The position numbers and the translations under genes were made by a program. 64,000 bases of DNA from Octopus sinensis (taxonomy: Eukaryota). This document shows positions 1 through 13,016 of the stretch, piece by piece. Each line of letters opens with the position of its first letter. Within the stretch, counting starts at the first letter, position 1. Location: NCBI RefSeq assembly GCF_006345805.1, contig NC_043001.1, positions 1,054,001-1,118,000 on the forward strand. The letters run 5' to 3'. The notes under the pieces were generated by a model, which did not search any database, was not told the origin of the DNA, and saw only the letters and a list, made by a program, of their open reading frames with translations.

Positions 1-14
1 CATGTGTGTGTGTG

Positions 15-350
15 AAGGTGCATGACGTAATGGTTTGGCTATTGGGCTCATATTCATGAAGTTTTGGGTTCAATTCCTTGATTGAGAGATGCCTTACTTC
101 TGAATAAGGCTCACCATTTCATATTGCCCCAATTTACTTTGCTGATAATGAGTACCAGCCAGAGTACTGGTGCAGTTTTCTCTCTCACTTTGTCCCCCCC
201 CCCCAGTTGTCACATTGTTGATGTTTCAGTGGGACAGTGGATGGAGCGTGATGAGGGTGTCTAGGCTTGCTCGTGACTACACAGGCAGCTAAAACTATTT
301 ACAAGACCATGGCAGATGTTACCTCATCACACTCAGTTTAGTGACAGTTA
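15..350 (+). mobile_element. Decayed tRNA-derived SINE
   Basis: Head GAAGGTGCATGACGTAATGG...GGGTTCAATTCC resembles pol III A/B boxes and the SINE heads at 25595 and 18619(-). Confidence 0.45.
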
Positions 351-439
351 TGATGATTTATACGTGTGTGTGTGTGTGTGTGTGTGTGTGGTCCTCTCAT
401 TATAAGCTGTCATACCAAGCTACATGGTGACTCTGTCTG

Positions 440-665
440 AGCTGGTGCCATTTAAAAAGTACTGGTGCTGAGACCACACGAAAAGTGCCCAGTATGCTCT
501 GTAAACCAATTGGCATTAGGAAGGGCACCCAGCCATGGAAACCAGGCCAAAACAGACAATGGAACCGGGTGTGACTCCTGGCTTCACCAACTCCTGTCAA
601 ACCGTCCAACCCATGCCAGCATGGAAAATGGACGTTAAATGATAATGATGATGATTATGATGATG
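440..665 (+). mobile_element. RTE-LINE 3' tail fragment
   Basis: TGGCATTAGGAAGGGCA...CCGTCCAACCCATGCCAGCATGGAAAATGGACGTTAAAT(GAT)n; same tail as the RTE copy ending at 21352. Confidence 0.75.
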
Positions 666-829
666 TCTGAGGAATACTCAGCCGTACATTTATTCAATGA
701 GCAGATAATTCAATCGATCTAACAACTGAAAACTCATCATGGAAACTGATAGGGTTCATCTTTTTATAATCTAGGGAAAATTGGGAAGTAAAAGTCATTC
801 TGTACTATCCCACAATGCCTAGTTGTGAA

Positions 830-1022
830 CTGGCAAGGGATCCTTAAGAGAGTCACTTGACTGACTAGAAACAGTAGCAAAAATCTTTCTCAAATGACAC
901 CACCATCTCACAAGAGAGAAGGAAACATCAAATAATGTTTCCAAGACACCACAAAACTAGACAGGTTTGTCATGGCTGGAAGCGTTGGTCAGCTCAGTTA
1001 AAATTTACCTGATCAACAACAA
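830..1022 (+). repeat. Old dispersed repeat family ending in (AAC)n. Further copies near 1860-2220(-), 7010-7200(-), 26360-26580, 34020-34180, 45100-45260, 45340-45540(-), 49870-50040, 51850-52090, 52140-52360, 57620-57800, 57810-58025(-), 59790-59900
   Basis: Recurring motifs AGAAATAGCAGCCAAATCT..AAATCACACC, GGTCATGGCTGGAA..TTGATCATAGGT and GGCTAAAC(AAC)n seen by eye in many diverged copies. Confidence 0.65.
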
Positions 1023-2409
1023 TATTAAGACAATTGTAGACACCGTGTTGTTTTATATAAATTATTTTCCAGATTTACATAATATTTGTTAACAGAAAAA
1101 AATCTGTTTAATAGGAGCAAAAAAGTAAAAAACTTCCACACATGTAAAACTTGGAGATATTTAATATGCTCCACATTTAGTGATAAAAATGTAATTAATA
1201 AATCTCGTTTATTATCTACTTTCCTCAGTCCTTCCGAATTTTCTCTCAAATACATGTTATACAGCAAATTGATGACATTCACTCACACATATTTTTACAC
1301 ACACACACAAAAGCACACAATCTACAGGGCTTCTATTGTTACAGCAATCTCTCTCCCTCCTTCATTCACAATCTCCAAAGCATGCACACGTGCACGTGCA
1401 CACACACACATACACAAGCACATACACAGTCTACCAGCTATTTTCACATCTCTCTCCACCTTCCCAACGTATATACAAACACACACTATCTTCTACTTTC
1501 AATCTGTAGACATTGTTGTTACACACCATCACGTTGTGACCATATCAAACTGCGCCTACTTTTACAAAAGCTAACAGAAACTCCCCCAGGCCTCAATAAA
1601 AGCAGCCGTTACTTCATCGTCTCTTAATCCTGTTTGGAACGTTTGACATTAGCTTTGTAATTGGCATGGAGTTAAGTGTTAATTATGTCACAGAACTAAC
1701 AAAAATTACCATCTCCTCTGCAGTAGAAAGATGTAATGACAAAATGTGAGGAGCGTTAGGTGGTTGGATTAAAGAGATCTAACAGATGGACAGTTTAGCA
1801 AATAGTCACAGAAACTAGGAGTGCTAGAGACAGTTTCACCATTTCAAGTTGGCAGTGCTGGTGTTGTTGTTGTTGTTGTTGTTGATAATTCCAGGTCAGA
1901 CTTGACTAAGCAGACCCATGATCAACGATTGCAATCCAGCATTTTCCAGCTTGCCTCATCTTTTTCTATGTCCAGAAATACATTATCTAATATGTGCTAC
2001 CATTTGTTTTTAAGGTGTCCCAGTATAACACAGCCACCACCACCACCACCATCACCACCAGCAGGCACCTTGGTTGCCATTTGCAGAATCCATCTCATTG
2101 CAAACATTCCAGTCAGTTCTTCTGGTCAGAAGACACCTTCCATTCAACCTCTTTCCCACCAAACTTGGACAGCCAATAAAGAGTTGAATGATATAAGGGA
2201 TACTTAGTTGCTATTTTTAGCAAAAAATTTCAATTTGTTGAAAGAACGTTTTCACTTTTGTTGTGCTGATAATGTTTGGAGTAAAGCTTTGAATGGCAAA
2301 ACTGCCAAAGATTTTGGTTGCAGTAAAGGCTTAAGACCAGGATGAATTCTTTCTTGATATACTACAACATACCATACTGCTTTGAAGCCATTAATATATC
2401 ATATCAGAA

Positions 2410-2451
<42 letters not shown>

Positions 2452-2455
<4 letters not shown>

Positions 2456-3496
2456 ATGGCCGTCCACTCGTGACTAAGGAAGACCATTGCCGACCTTCAG
2501 GAACATTGTGTGCTCTAGGACTAACTTATATTTTGCATTTGCGGCTCCATTGGTGGCTAATGAGCCCTGCTCTTGACAAGCATACACGACTGCAAACATT
2601 GCAGACCAAGCTTTCCCCATTCACTATACAAGCCGTGCGCTTTTGTGTAGCTCGCTTAAGTTCTTCATGCTGGATACGTGCTCTCTCAAAAGTGTCGATC
2701 CCCTCCTTAACATGCTTCCTCCATCTGTGGCGATGACAGGCATTGTTCTCCTAGTCAGTGTTCTGCATATCACAGGCCTTTAATGAGGACTTGACACAGT
2801 CCATAAATCACAGCCTTGGTTTCTGTCAGAGTCTCCTTCCATTCTCAAGTTCTCCATAGAGCATCTGCTTAGAAATCCTTCTATCCTTCATTCTAATAAG
2901 GTGTCCAATCCAACGCAACCGGTGCTTATGCACCATCGCCTCAATACTCAAGATATCAGCTGTCCTCAGGATCTGTGTGTCTGAAATTTTTGAGGTCCAG
3001 CCAACATTGAGAATGTGTCTGAGACATCTCTGATGAAAATGTTCAAGGACCCTTACCTGACGTTTGAACAGAGTCCATGTCTCACATGAGTAGAGAAGCG
3101 ATGTCAGTACACAAGCACGGTACACAGCAACTTTTGTTCTCCTTGCGATACCATGTTGGGACCAGACACGAGACTGGAAGGAATCAGTTGCTCTCTGCAA
3201 CCTGAAAGATATTTCCTCATCCAGGGAGCAAGAATGGCTGAGTGTGCTGCCCAGGTAGACAAACTTGTCTACTACCTTCAGAATTGTTCCTTCAACCAAG
3301 ATAGCTGGTTCTATATATGGATTTCCTGATGCAGGCTGGAACATTACAACAGTCTTGTCCAGGTTAATGCTGAGTCCAAATGCCCTGCAAGAAGCAGAAA
3401 TGCAATTCATGAGTATTTGCATGTCATCCACTGTATGAGTGACTAAGTCACAGTCATCTGCATAAAGGAGGTCATCAATAATAGATTGGGAAACCT
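2452..3496 (-). mobile_element. 5'-truncated RTE (BovB-like) LINE: RT C-terminal half and 3' end
   Basis: ORF 2826-3665 contains DLLYADDC, GLSINLDKT, FVYLGSTLS, LLYSCETW, RLRWIGHLIRM..RISKQMLYGEL; ends in (ATC)n beside a (TA)n tract. Confidence 0.92.
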
Positions 3497-4483
3497 TTGA
3501 ATTGGCAGCAAATCGGATGGTGTGTTTTACGTGCAACAGCCACGATCGCATGGTGCTTTTTACGTGCCACTGGCACGGAGGCAGTCGGAGCGGCGCTGGC
3601 AATGGCCACATTCGGATGGTTCTCTTATGTGCCACCGGCACTGGTATCACAGTTACGATTTCCATTGATGTTGATCGATTTTGATTTTGATTTTGTTTTT
3701 GTTTTTCACTTGCCTCATCAGGTCTTCACAAGTAGAGTTTTGTGTCCCAAGAAGGAAAGGTATGCATAAAGTGGACTGAGGCCATGGGTTATGGCCTCAC
3801 TTGTCCTGCCAGGTCTTTACGCACAGCATACTTCTAAAGGTCTCAGTGTCTATTCATTTCCTCGGTGAGACCTAAAGTTCAAAGGTCGTGCTTCACCACC
3901 TCATCCCAGGTTTTCCTGGGTCTGCCTCTTCCACAGGTTCCCTCAACCGCTAGGGTGTGGCACTTTTTCACACAACTATCTTCATCTATTCTCGTCACAT
4001 GACCATACCAGTGCAAATGTCTCTCATGCACACCACAACTGATGCTTCTTAGGTCCAACTTTTCTCTCAAGGTACTTACACTCTGTCGAGTATGAACACT
4101 GACATTACACATCCATCGGAGCATACTGGCTTCATTTCTTGCGAGCTTATGCATATCCTCAGCAGTCACGGCCCATGTTTCACTGCCATGTAGTATGGCT
4201 GTTCGTACACATGCGTCATACAGTCTGCCTTTTACTCTGAGCAAGAAGCCTTTTGTCCCTAGCAGAGGTAAGAGCTCTCTGAACTTTGCCCAGGCTATTC
4301 TTACTCTAGCAGTTACACTTTCAACACACCCGCCCCCGTTACTGACTTGGTCACCTAGGTAATGGAAGCTATTAACTATTTCTAGTTTGTCTCCCTGGAA
4401 TGTGGTGGAAGTTGGTCTCTGCGCATTTTCAGTGTTTATTTCTCCTGAGCATCTGCCACATACAAAAACTATTTTTTAAGCAC
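3497..4483 (-). mobile_element. Second RTE-family LINE fragment (RT C-terminus plus part of 3'UTR) abutting the first
   Basis: VKGRLYDACVRTAILHGSETW...LHWYGHV...GRGRPRKTW; upstream FVCGRC and FHYLGD; 3'UTR matches the 12085 and 50603 copies. Confidence 0.9.
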
Positions 4484-4778
4484 ATATTTGAAAAAATAAG
4501 TAGGAATGGCTTTTGGGGGATAATTTTTATGTTAATAATAATGTTGTTTACAATGAGTGACTGTGGTATGAGTTTCAAGCTTCAAATAGCCGTTTTCAAA
4601 CTGAAAAATATATGTTTAATTGGTTGCTTAAATGGCTTATTTAAGCAACCAGTAAAACATATATTTTTCAGTTTGAAAACGGCTATTTGAAGCTTGAAAC
4701 TCATACCACAGTCACTCATTGTAAACAACATTATTATTAAAATAAAAATTATCCCCCAAAAGCCATCTCTATTCATTT

Positions 4779-4787
<9 letters not shown>
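4484..4787. repeat. Near-perfect ~300-bp palindrome (arms ~150 bp, 5-nt loop at 4634-4638)
   Basis: 4484-4633 is the reverse complement of 4639-4787, with few mismatches in the inner ~120 bp. Confidence 0.95.
4669..4717 (+). ncRNA. Hammerhead ribozyme-like motif, type I, U3-A8 variant core (mirror copy on - strand at ~4555-4603)
   Basis: AGU-UUGAAAA-C-GGCU(auuuga)AGCU-U-GAAAC-U(cauaccac)A-GUC-ACU. Confidence 0.55.
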
Positions 4788-4820
<33 letters not shown>

Positions 4821-7800
4821 GGGTACTATACTATTTCTTAGAAATATTATTGTTCTCATATTTATTTTTAAATAATCTTACGCATTTCAGAAATATCTAT
4901 ATATGTATCTGTGTCTGTCTGTCTGATCATCTCTCTATATCTATATATGCACATATATGTATTTATATACACACATATATATATATGAATGTATATATAT
5001 ATTATTTATATATAAATACACACACACAAATATATACATACATGGATATATCTATATACATTTATGTATCTATATGTACACACACACACACATATGTATA
5101 TCTACTGAATTGGCAACATTAGTTAGAATAGTGGCTAGAACATATTGTGGTATTTGCTGTGGTTTTAAGCACCGTGTGATCAAATCCTATTTCGGTCAAC
5201 TTGATCATTCATCCATTTGAAATGCAGAAAGATTGACCTGTCCAGGGATGTGGACTGATGTTACAGCATTGGGGAAAATGCTCATATCTGCTTTGGCTCA
5301 GTACAAACTGAGTTCAAATCCCATTTACTGTTGCTAGACAGGTAAAATCCTCTGATGCTTGGCCAAAATGCTGATATGCCAGGGATATCCTTAAACAAAT
5401 GCCGATGTGGTTCAGCTGATCACTCTGAACGTCAGTATGTAATTTATTGGTTTACACTGGCAATGAGTCTGAGAGTCTTGCAGTAGTCAAAGAAGGAGAA
5501 AAAGAACAACTCAGCTGGATTGGAACATCACCATGTGTTCTAAATATAGAACCAATATTCTGTTATTCCATTGATCTAAATAATTCAGAAATATAAAAGA
5601 ATGGCAGAGGGGGTGAAAGCTTGCTTGTTACCTTGATAAATAGATAGAAAGAAAGAGAGAGATATAGACATGTAGATAAGTAGGTAGATGTGTATGGCTA
5701 GAGAGAGATAGATAGATATAAATCGATAGACAAGCACATAGACAGACAGATAAAGATAAAGAGATAGATATAGATAGATATAGAGATGAATAGATATTGT
5801 GAGAGAAAGGCAGAGGTGGAGGGGTGGCTTAGTGGAGCTATACTGAAGCAGCTACAAGATGTTTACTGGTTAAATATGTCCAGAATTCTTTCATAAAAAC
5901 ACTAATGATTTTAGAATGAAAGTCTATGGATGTAGTGTAAAGCTTGTATGTGTGTGTGTGCATTTGTGTATGTGTGTACATAAATGTATGTCTGCATATG
6001 TATCTAAGTGTGTGTATGCTTGTGTGATTATTACAATAATGTTTCAGTAAGTTTTGTCAAGGCTAAAAAGAGAAATAAACAAAAATTATAAATTAGAAAA
6101 ATTCAAGAATTCAAATCAGTTTTATTTCCACCTTGAAGCCAAATTAAATAATTAAATAAATACACAAATAAAATAGATTAAGAAGAAATTTAAAACAAAA
6201 TGAACTGAGAAAGAAAAACTAGAAATATAGATGTAAACAGAAAAAACACCCCAAAATACTCTAAATCTCCCCAAAAAGGAACATTGAAGAAGAGAAACTG
6301 TGTGAAACCTTAACTATGTTCTATTATGACATCATACTCTGCAAGGTATCTCATAGAAAAAAAAATTCACGATGGCAACTGTAATAATGTTGAGTTGGTA
6401 GAAGTAAAATTTGAAAACTAAAATGGAAAAATGAAAAAAAAAACAGAAAGTAAAAAACAAAATTAGTTTCCAGGAGCAAAAATTAAATAAAGTTAAATAA
6501 GTAAAAATAATTTTTTTTATAAGTGGCTGGAAGAAATGTTGTAAAATTAACAATAATAATAGTAATAATATTAATAATAATAATGATAATGATGATATTA
6601 ATAATAATAATAATAATAATGAAAATAGTAAAGAAGAATAAGAAGTGAAAATTAAAATATTTGCTGGAAAAATTTCAGGTCTGTCCTGTCAGATGATAGA
6701 AACTGTTTATTCAAAGATTATTGCAACAACTTTGAATCTATTTATTTATTTACTTATCTAATTTTGTTGCGAGTGTTTGTGACGGAGATTTACTAAATAT
6801 GATAATATAGTGTGAAGGTATTTTTTTGGTTTTATTCATTGTCAGGGGAAAGGAAATAATAAACAAGTCTGAGTGAATAGCAATGAGTCGATCGATGAGA
6901 AGGTAACGAGGAAAACAATTTGACATATAATATGTACATTGATGACAGTATGAGTGAACCACACGCTGTTGATGTATTGATTTCTTGCTCAAGTACAACG
7001 TAACAGAATGTTAGTGCTGTTGTTGTTTAGCCCTTGGCCAGAAATGATTGGGCAGACCTATGATCAAAGATGTTCTAGTTATGTCTATCCAGTTTTTGGA
7101 AGCAAATTATGTAATGCTTACCCACTTAGTATGGTTGTGATTTACAAGAAATTTGGTTGCTATATTTAGCAGTATGAGCAACTACAAAGATGTTTTGTGA
7201 TTTGGTTGAAGGTAGCAAAGTGTAGGAATGCTAAGGTATGGCAATGAGTCCAACACAAGAACAATGTGCATTATGCTGACCTTGGATGACCAAATATATA
7301 TATATATATATATAAAAGTTAACTGGTAATACTTAAATGAAGAGGAAAGAAACTAAAGGAACAGTAAACCATTTTATCTTAAAGGCATTACCATACTGAT
7401 GCCTTTAAGGAAATGCTGAATGTATATATTTTACTTTTGTTATTAAAACTTCTTTCACTCTGACAATCATTCACAACACTCACCACCCAACAAACAAGTT
7501 TTATCAACACACTGAACCACTGACAGACCAATGAAATCCTAACAGATGGAATATGCAATGGGATTCTTGGCACCAACTAAAACATCATTATTAGAAATTT
7601 TGTTTCCTTGTTGTTCTTCAATGTCCATATATGGAAATACAGGTCCCTGTTATATAATTAGTTACTGTTCTTTTGGATGGGTTTTCTACTTCACAAAGAA
7701 AGCAGCTTCGATTTGGAACAAATCTCTTGTTCCAAATGAGTTGGTGCTGGTAACCAATCATAAAACATTTACAAGAGAATTTTTACTGCAATGGAGAGCA

Positions 7801-8738
7801 GTTTTCTATTTGTTCCGTCTTGTTGTCGGCATTTGGAATAAGATTCATTTTCTTCAGAAAATAACTGATGTCAACAACAGTGGTATGAACGTGTGTGTGT
7901 GTGTGTGTTGTGTGTTGTGTGTTGTGTGTGTGCACACACGCACTTATGAGTGCATAAGTACATGAACACAAACATTTCTTCTCTCCTCCATCTATTTTTC
8001 TTTTACACACAAACATGTACTTGTGTGTGTGTGTGTGTGTGCATGTGTGCATGTGTATGTGTGTGTGCGTGTATGTGTGTGCTTGCGCATATGTGTGTGT
8101 TTGTATGTGTGTGCGTATATGTGTGTGTGTATGTAAACTCTAAAGTTGAAGTCAGATTTTTTCGTTCACTCATCATTGTTTTTGTTTTTAGCTTATCTTA
8201 CTTTCTGTTCTTGCGAATGTAGCTGTATGTCTATGTGTATGCATATGTGTGCGTTTGTGTGTATACGTGTGTGTATGTATGTATAACACATACGTAGATA
8301 CAAACATAAAAATGTGTACATGTGCATGATGATGATATTTATGTGTTGGTGTGTGTGTGTGTATGTGTGTATTTATATACATGTGTATATGTGAATATAT
8401 GGGTGTGAGTGTGCAAACACATACCCACATATACGAATATACACATCTGCATAGGTATATGTACATTTGACTATTTGAGTATGTGTGTGTGGGTATATAT
8501 GTGTATACATACATACACACACACACACACACTCACACACACATACACACACGGCAAGAGAGAGAGAGAGAGAGATCGAAAATAAACATCTGTCTGAAAG
8601 AGCAAGTTGCTATAGAAGCAAACAACAAACTGATTGATAATTTTTTAGCCTTTCGTGAAGTGAACAGGAAAACATATCAAAAAAGTATAAATAAAATATA
8701 CTAAAAAGAAATATAGAGCAAAATCGAAAAAAAATTAT

Positions 8739-8787
<49 letters not shown>

Positions 8788-9369
8788 TACACAAACACAC
8801 ACACATATGTATGTATATATGTATGTGTATATAGTAGAAAGCCTAAACTCAAAAATATATAAAATGGTTGAAAAATATAAAAAAAAATTGACCAGAAAAA
8901 ATCTCTTCGATACAAAATGTCGGTTGGAAGAGAATAATTTTTGTGAAGAGTTTTATTGATTTCGGCTCTCCACCAACTAACCTACCTGCATTGTAATTGT
9001 TGCCTGTTCCTTTAGGAGCCAATTTGGATATAGGTGGGGAAGGGTGGGAAGAAGGGGGAGAAGGGTGTTAAGGAAAAAAGTTGAGGGAGAGGGGAACAAA
9101 ATGTGAAAGGAAAGGGGTTGTATATGTGAGTGGATATGTGTGTGTGTGTGCATATATATATACATACATGTATGTATGTATGTAGTTGCATGCACATATA
9201 TATGTGCACAGGCATCTGTTCAAATACGTGCAGACACACACACAAATATGTGTGTGCTAGTAGACACACATGGGTGCATTTATATGACTGTGTACGGGCA
9301 GGCTGTGTGCCTACACAAGTCTCTTTACATGTGTGAATATGTGTGTCAGTGAGTATGTTACATACATAC

Positions 9370-9374
9370 ATATA

Positions 9375-9424
<50 letters not shown>

Positions 9425-9682
9425 CAAATATATATTCATATAGGCATACATATATACATACATTTATATATATGTTTATACACATGCATATGTAAACATT
9501 ATATATGTGTATACTCATATAAGTGTAAGTCAATTTATTTACACGAAAATATAAATATATGAATTTCTGTGAATATAACCGTATAAATATATATATATAT
9601 ATATGTATATATGTACATATATATATGCATATATATGTATATATATATATGTGTATATATATAAATATATACATATATATAA

Positions 9683-9724
<42 letters not shown>

Positions 9725-9820
9725 TCATCATCATCATATAATATATATACATATGTATTTATTTGTAAATATGTATATATATATATATTTGTTTTGTATG
9801 TGTATATGTATGTATGTATG

Positions 9821-9855
<35 letters not shown>

Positions 9856-9915
9856 ACACACACACATACAAATACATATATATACATATATATATGTGTT
9901 TGTATGTATGTATGA
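9370..9915. repeat. (TA)n/(TACA)n low-complexity field
   Basis: Direct inspection. Confidence 0.95.
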
Positions 9916-10744
9916 TTTACAATCACAAGCCCTCTTTTAAAATTCACGTGAGTTGTAGCATCATGACATATGTGAAACATATATGAATATTGAAAGGAAA
10001 CTCTACACAATATTACATCAACTGGTGTTTACTGGTGTAGACGTTACCTCAGCAGTTGTAGGAGATGCAGACTTTGTTTAGTAGCAGAAAGGATTATATT
10101 GAAGAATTCCATATGACCAAGTGCTTAGAACTCTAAAAGCGGAATACTCTCCACTTGTCCACACAATCAGAAATATATTTTAATTATCTGGCTAGTCCCA
10201 TCCCAGTAATAAGGACTGGTTCTTGCCTGGAAGTCCTCTCATCATAAAAGAAAAATTCTATACCTCTCATCCAGCACTCACACATACGCATATATACATA
10301 CATTCAAGTGCTTTGCAATACCTCAGACTTAAAAACTAGATAGGATGTTTACTATGTAGCTATGTTTTGATGCTGTTTTACTTACCAACACATAAAAGTT
10401 TCTTTAATGTGAAACCATTCAGTAACATGAATCAGCTGTTATGAAACTAAATTTATAATCTGATGCAGTGTAACCTTGACAGTGACTGCATTGTTTTTTG
10501 AATGGCTAACACGTCTTTCATGCTACAATTGTTTTTGCTTCAACACAGACTCCGAGATCAAATTGTTTGCCTTGCATGTACATCACTTGAATTTATAATA
10601 CTGTATGAACAATGCATACATACATACATGCATGCATGCATGCATACATACATACATACATACATACATACATACATGCATACATACATACATACATACA
10701 CACACACACATACATACATACATACATACATGCATGCATGCATA

Positions 10745-10996
10745 TGTAACACACTGCCTAAATACCAATCTTGAGAAATTAGACTTCTCAAAACCTGAAA
10801 GGAGAAAGCTAATTCGAAGACTACAGATCCAATCCATCACTGGAACTGTAAAAATCTGTAAAACTTTCCAGTTTATCATTTAAATATATATATGAGCATG
10901 TCTAGATATGCAACTATAAGCATGAGAATACATACATAAAGCAAAACATACAAATTTGCACACATGCATATATACATTCATACATACATACATACA

Positions 10997-11029
<33 letters not shown>

Positions 11030-11165
11030 GTATACAGACACACATACAAACAAAAATACCCTGTTGTTGATGTTGGAATCCCTATGAAGGAGCCTTGGGT
11101 CTAGGTTAGAAACTGGCTCTTTCTCTATAGACAAAAAGTCTTGAAATAAAACAGAACAATGACAT
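10745..11165 (+). mobile_element. 3' end of an R4/Dong-related LINE embedded in (TACA)n
   Basis: CLNTNLEKLDFSKPERRKLIRRLQIQSITGTVKICKTF matches the C-terminus at 54820-54945; 3'UTR GAGCC...GGCTC hairpin also shared. Confidence 0.75.
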
Positions 11166-11423
11166 ACATACACACACATATATATAATATATTTTAGATC
11201 ATTGGCTCTTGAAGCACCTCAAACAAAGATATAGATAATAAAGCATGTAAATTGGATTGAAAATCTTGAAGTCTGCCCCTGGGACCCCATGCACAACCTT
11301 GGACTTTTCCTATCCAAAACAGCTTTCCAACCCAATACTTACATGCTATTATTTATAGCTTTATGTGCTGTGACTTGAGAGCCAATGTTCCAGAAAAGAA
11401 GTATTTCACATTGTATTGAATAC

Positions 11424-11689
11424 TCTTTACTCTTTTACTTGTTTCAGACATTTGACTGTGGCCATGCTGGAGCACCGCCTTTAATTGGGCAAATCGACCC
11501 CAGCACTTATTCTTTGTAAGCCTAATATTTATTCTATTGGTCTCTTTTGCCGAACTGCTATGTTACAGGGATGCAAAAACACCAGCATCAGTTATCAAGC
11601 GATGTTGGAGGACAAACACAGACACACAAACATATACACACACATACATACATACATGTATATACATACACACATATATATATATGCAT

Positions 11690-11720
<31 letters not shown>

Positions 11721-11900
11721 TATATACACATATATACGATGGGAATCTTTCAGTTTCTGTCTACCAAATCCACTCACAAGGCTTTGGTTGGCCTGAGGCT
11801 ATAGTAGAAAACACTTGCCCAAGGTGCCATGCAGTGGGACTGAACCAGGAAACATGTGGTTGGTAAGCAAGCTACTTACCACACAGAAACTCCTGCGCCT
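11424..11900 (-). mobile_element. Full-length tRNA-derived SINE with CORE-like segment
   Basis: Minus-strand head TGTGTGGTAAG..GGTTCAGTCCCACTGCATGGCACCTTGGGCAAGTG; second full copy at 51390-51840, partial copies at 17960-18195, 23560-23800, 25195-25326, 38370-38520, 57320-57450. Confidence 0.85.
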
Positions 11901-12084
11901 GCGTTTATAAAATTATTATAAATATATATATTCATAGATATATATGAACACATATACACATACATTCACACATGCACACACATATACATATATGTATACG
12001 TATGTATATGTATATATATGTATAGATATATGCATATATAATTATACACACACACACATATATATGTATACATATATATGTGGT

Positions 12085-12654
12085 AAGAAGACCCAACAAG
12101 CCAAGTGAGACCATAAACCGTCGCCTATGCCAGTGGTGTAACGAGCCCAATTATGCATACCTTTCCTTCACTGGACAATAAACTCTGCTTGCAAAGACCT
12201 GTTGAGGCAAGTGAAATCGAAATCAAATTCGATGACTGGCATCCATGCTAGTGGAGCGCTAAGAGCACCATCCGAGCCGCTGATTGGCTTCTGTGCTGGT
12301 GGAACGTAAAAAGCACCATTTGAGTGTGATCATTACCTGAGTCACCTTACTGGCACTTGTACCAGTGGCACATGAAAAACATTTGAGTGAGGTCATTGAC
12401 AGTGCCGCTGGACTGGCTCTTGTGCAGGTGGCACGTAAAAAACACCATTTGAGTGTGACGGTTGCGATACCACCTGACTGGCCCTCATGCTGGTGGCATG
12501 TAAAAGCACCCACTACACTCTCGGAGTGGTTGGCATTAGGAAGGGCATCCAGCTGTAGAAACTCTGCAAGATCAGATTGAAGCATGGTGCAGTCCTCAGC
12601 AAACCGTCCAACCCATGCCAGAATGGAAAGTGGATGTTAAACGATGATGATGAT
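12085..12654 (+). mobile_element. RTE-LINE 3'UTR copy with internal ~65-bp tandem units
   Basis: Homologous to 3497-3840(-) and 50603-51170; ends GTTAAAC(GAT)n. Confidence 0.85.
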
Positions 12655-12669
12655 ATAAATATATATATG

Positions 12670-13003
12670 CAGTATCTCACAAAAGTATGTACATCCTTAA
12701 AAATTTCAGTAAAATTACCATTACTTCAATGCAGTGATTGAACACAAGGGCAGCCACACCAAATATTGAATATAGCAAATAATTCTGAGGGGTGTACATA
12801 TTTTTGTAACATTTGAAAATTAATATTTCATTCATATCGTTGAAAATGTTTATTGTTTTGTGCTTGAAATTTGTACAATGTTTGCATGTATAATATATTT
12901 TATTCAGTATAATTTCAGTATTTATTTCCTCCGATATTATCAGAATAATGGCAATTCTTTTGTAATTTTTTTAGGGGTGAATATCCTTTTAGAGATGATC
13001 AAT
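12670..13003 (+). mobile_element. Tc1-type deletion derivative (MITE-like)
   Basis: Left end CAGTATCTCACAAAAGTATGTACATCC, degenerate inverted right end, internal inverted copy GGGTGTACATATTTTTGT, and transposase C-terminus NAVIEHKGSHTKY*. Confidence 0.65.
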
Positions 13004-13016
13004 ATATATATTTAAG

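Noticed and set aside
2826-3665. 279-aa ORF as a gene
   Set aside because: Chimeric read-through from one RTE 3'UTR into another RTE's truncated RT
3700-3725. Minus-strand CTGATGAGGCAAGTGAAA, hammerhead-like
   Set aside because: No stem II or III; the paralogous RTE 3'UTRs at ~12200 and ~50705 read CTGTTGAGG, so the match is a chance mutation
4400-4818. Two nearly identical ORFs on opposite strands
   Set aside because: A by-product of the DNA palindrome; no coding signature
12290-12512. Regularly spaced repeats resembling a CRISPR array
   Set aside because: Eukaryotic context; the spacers are related to each other and belong to a LINE 3'UTR; no cas genes
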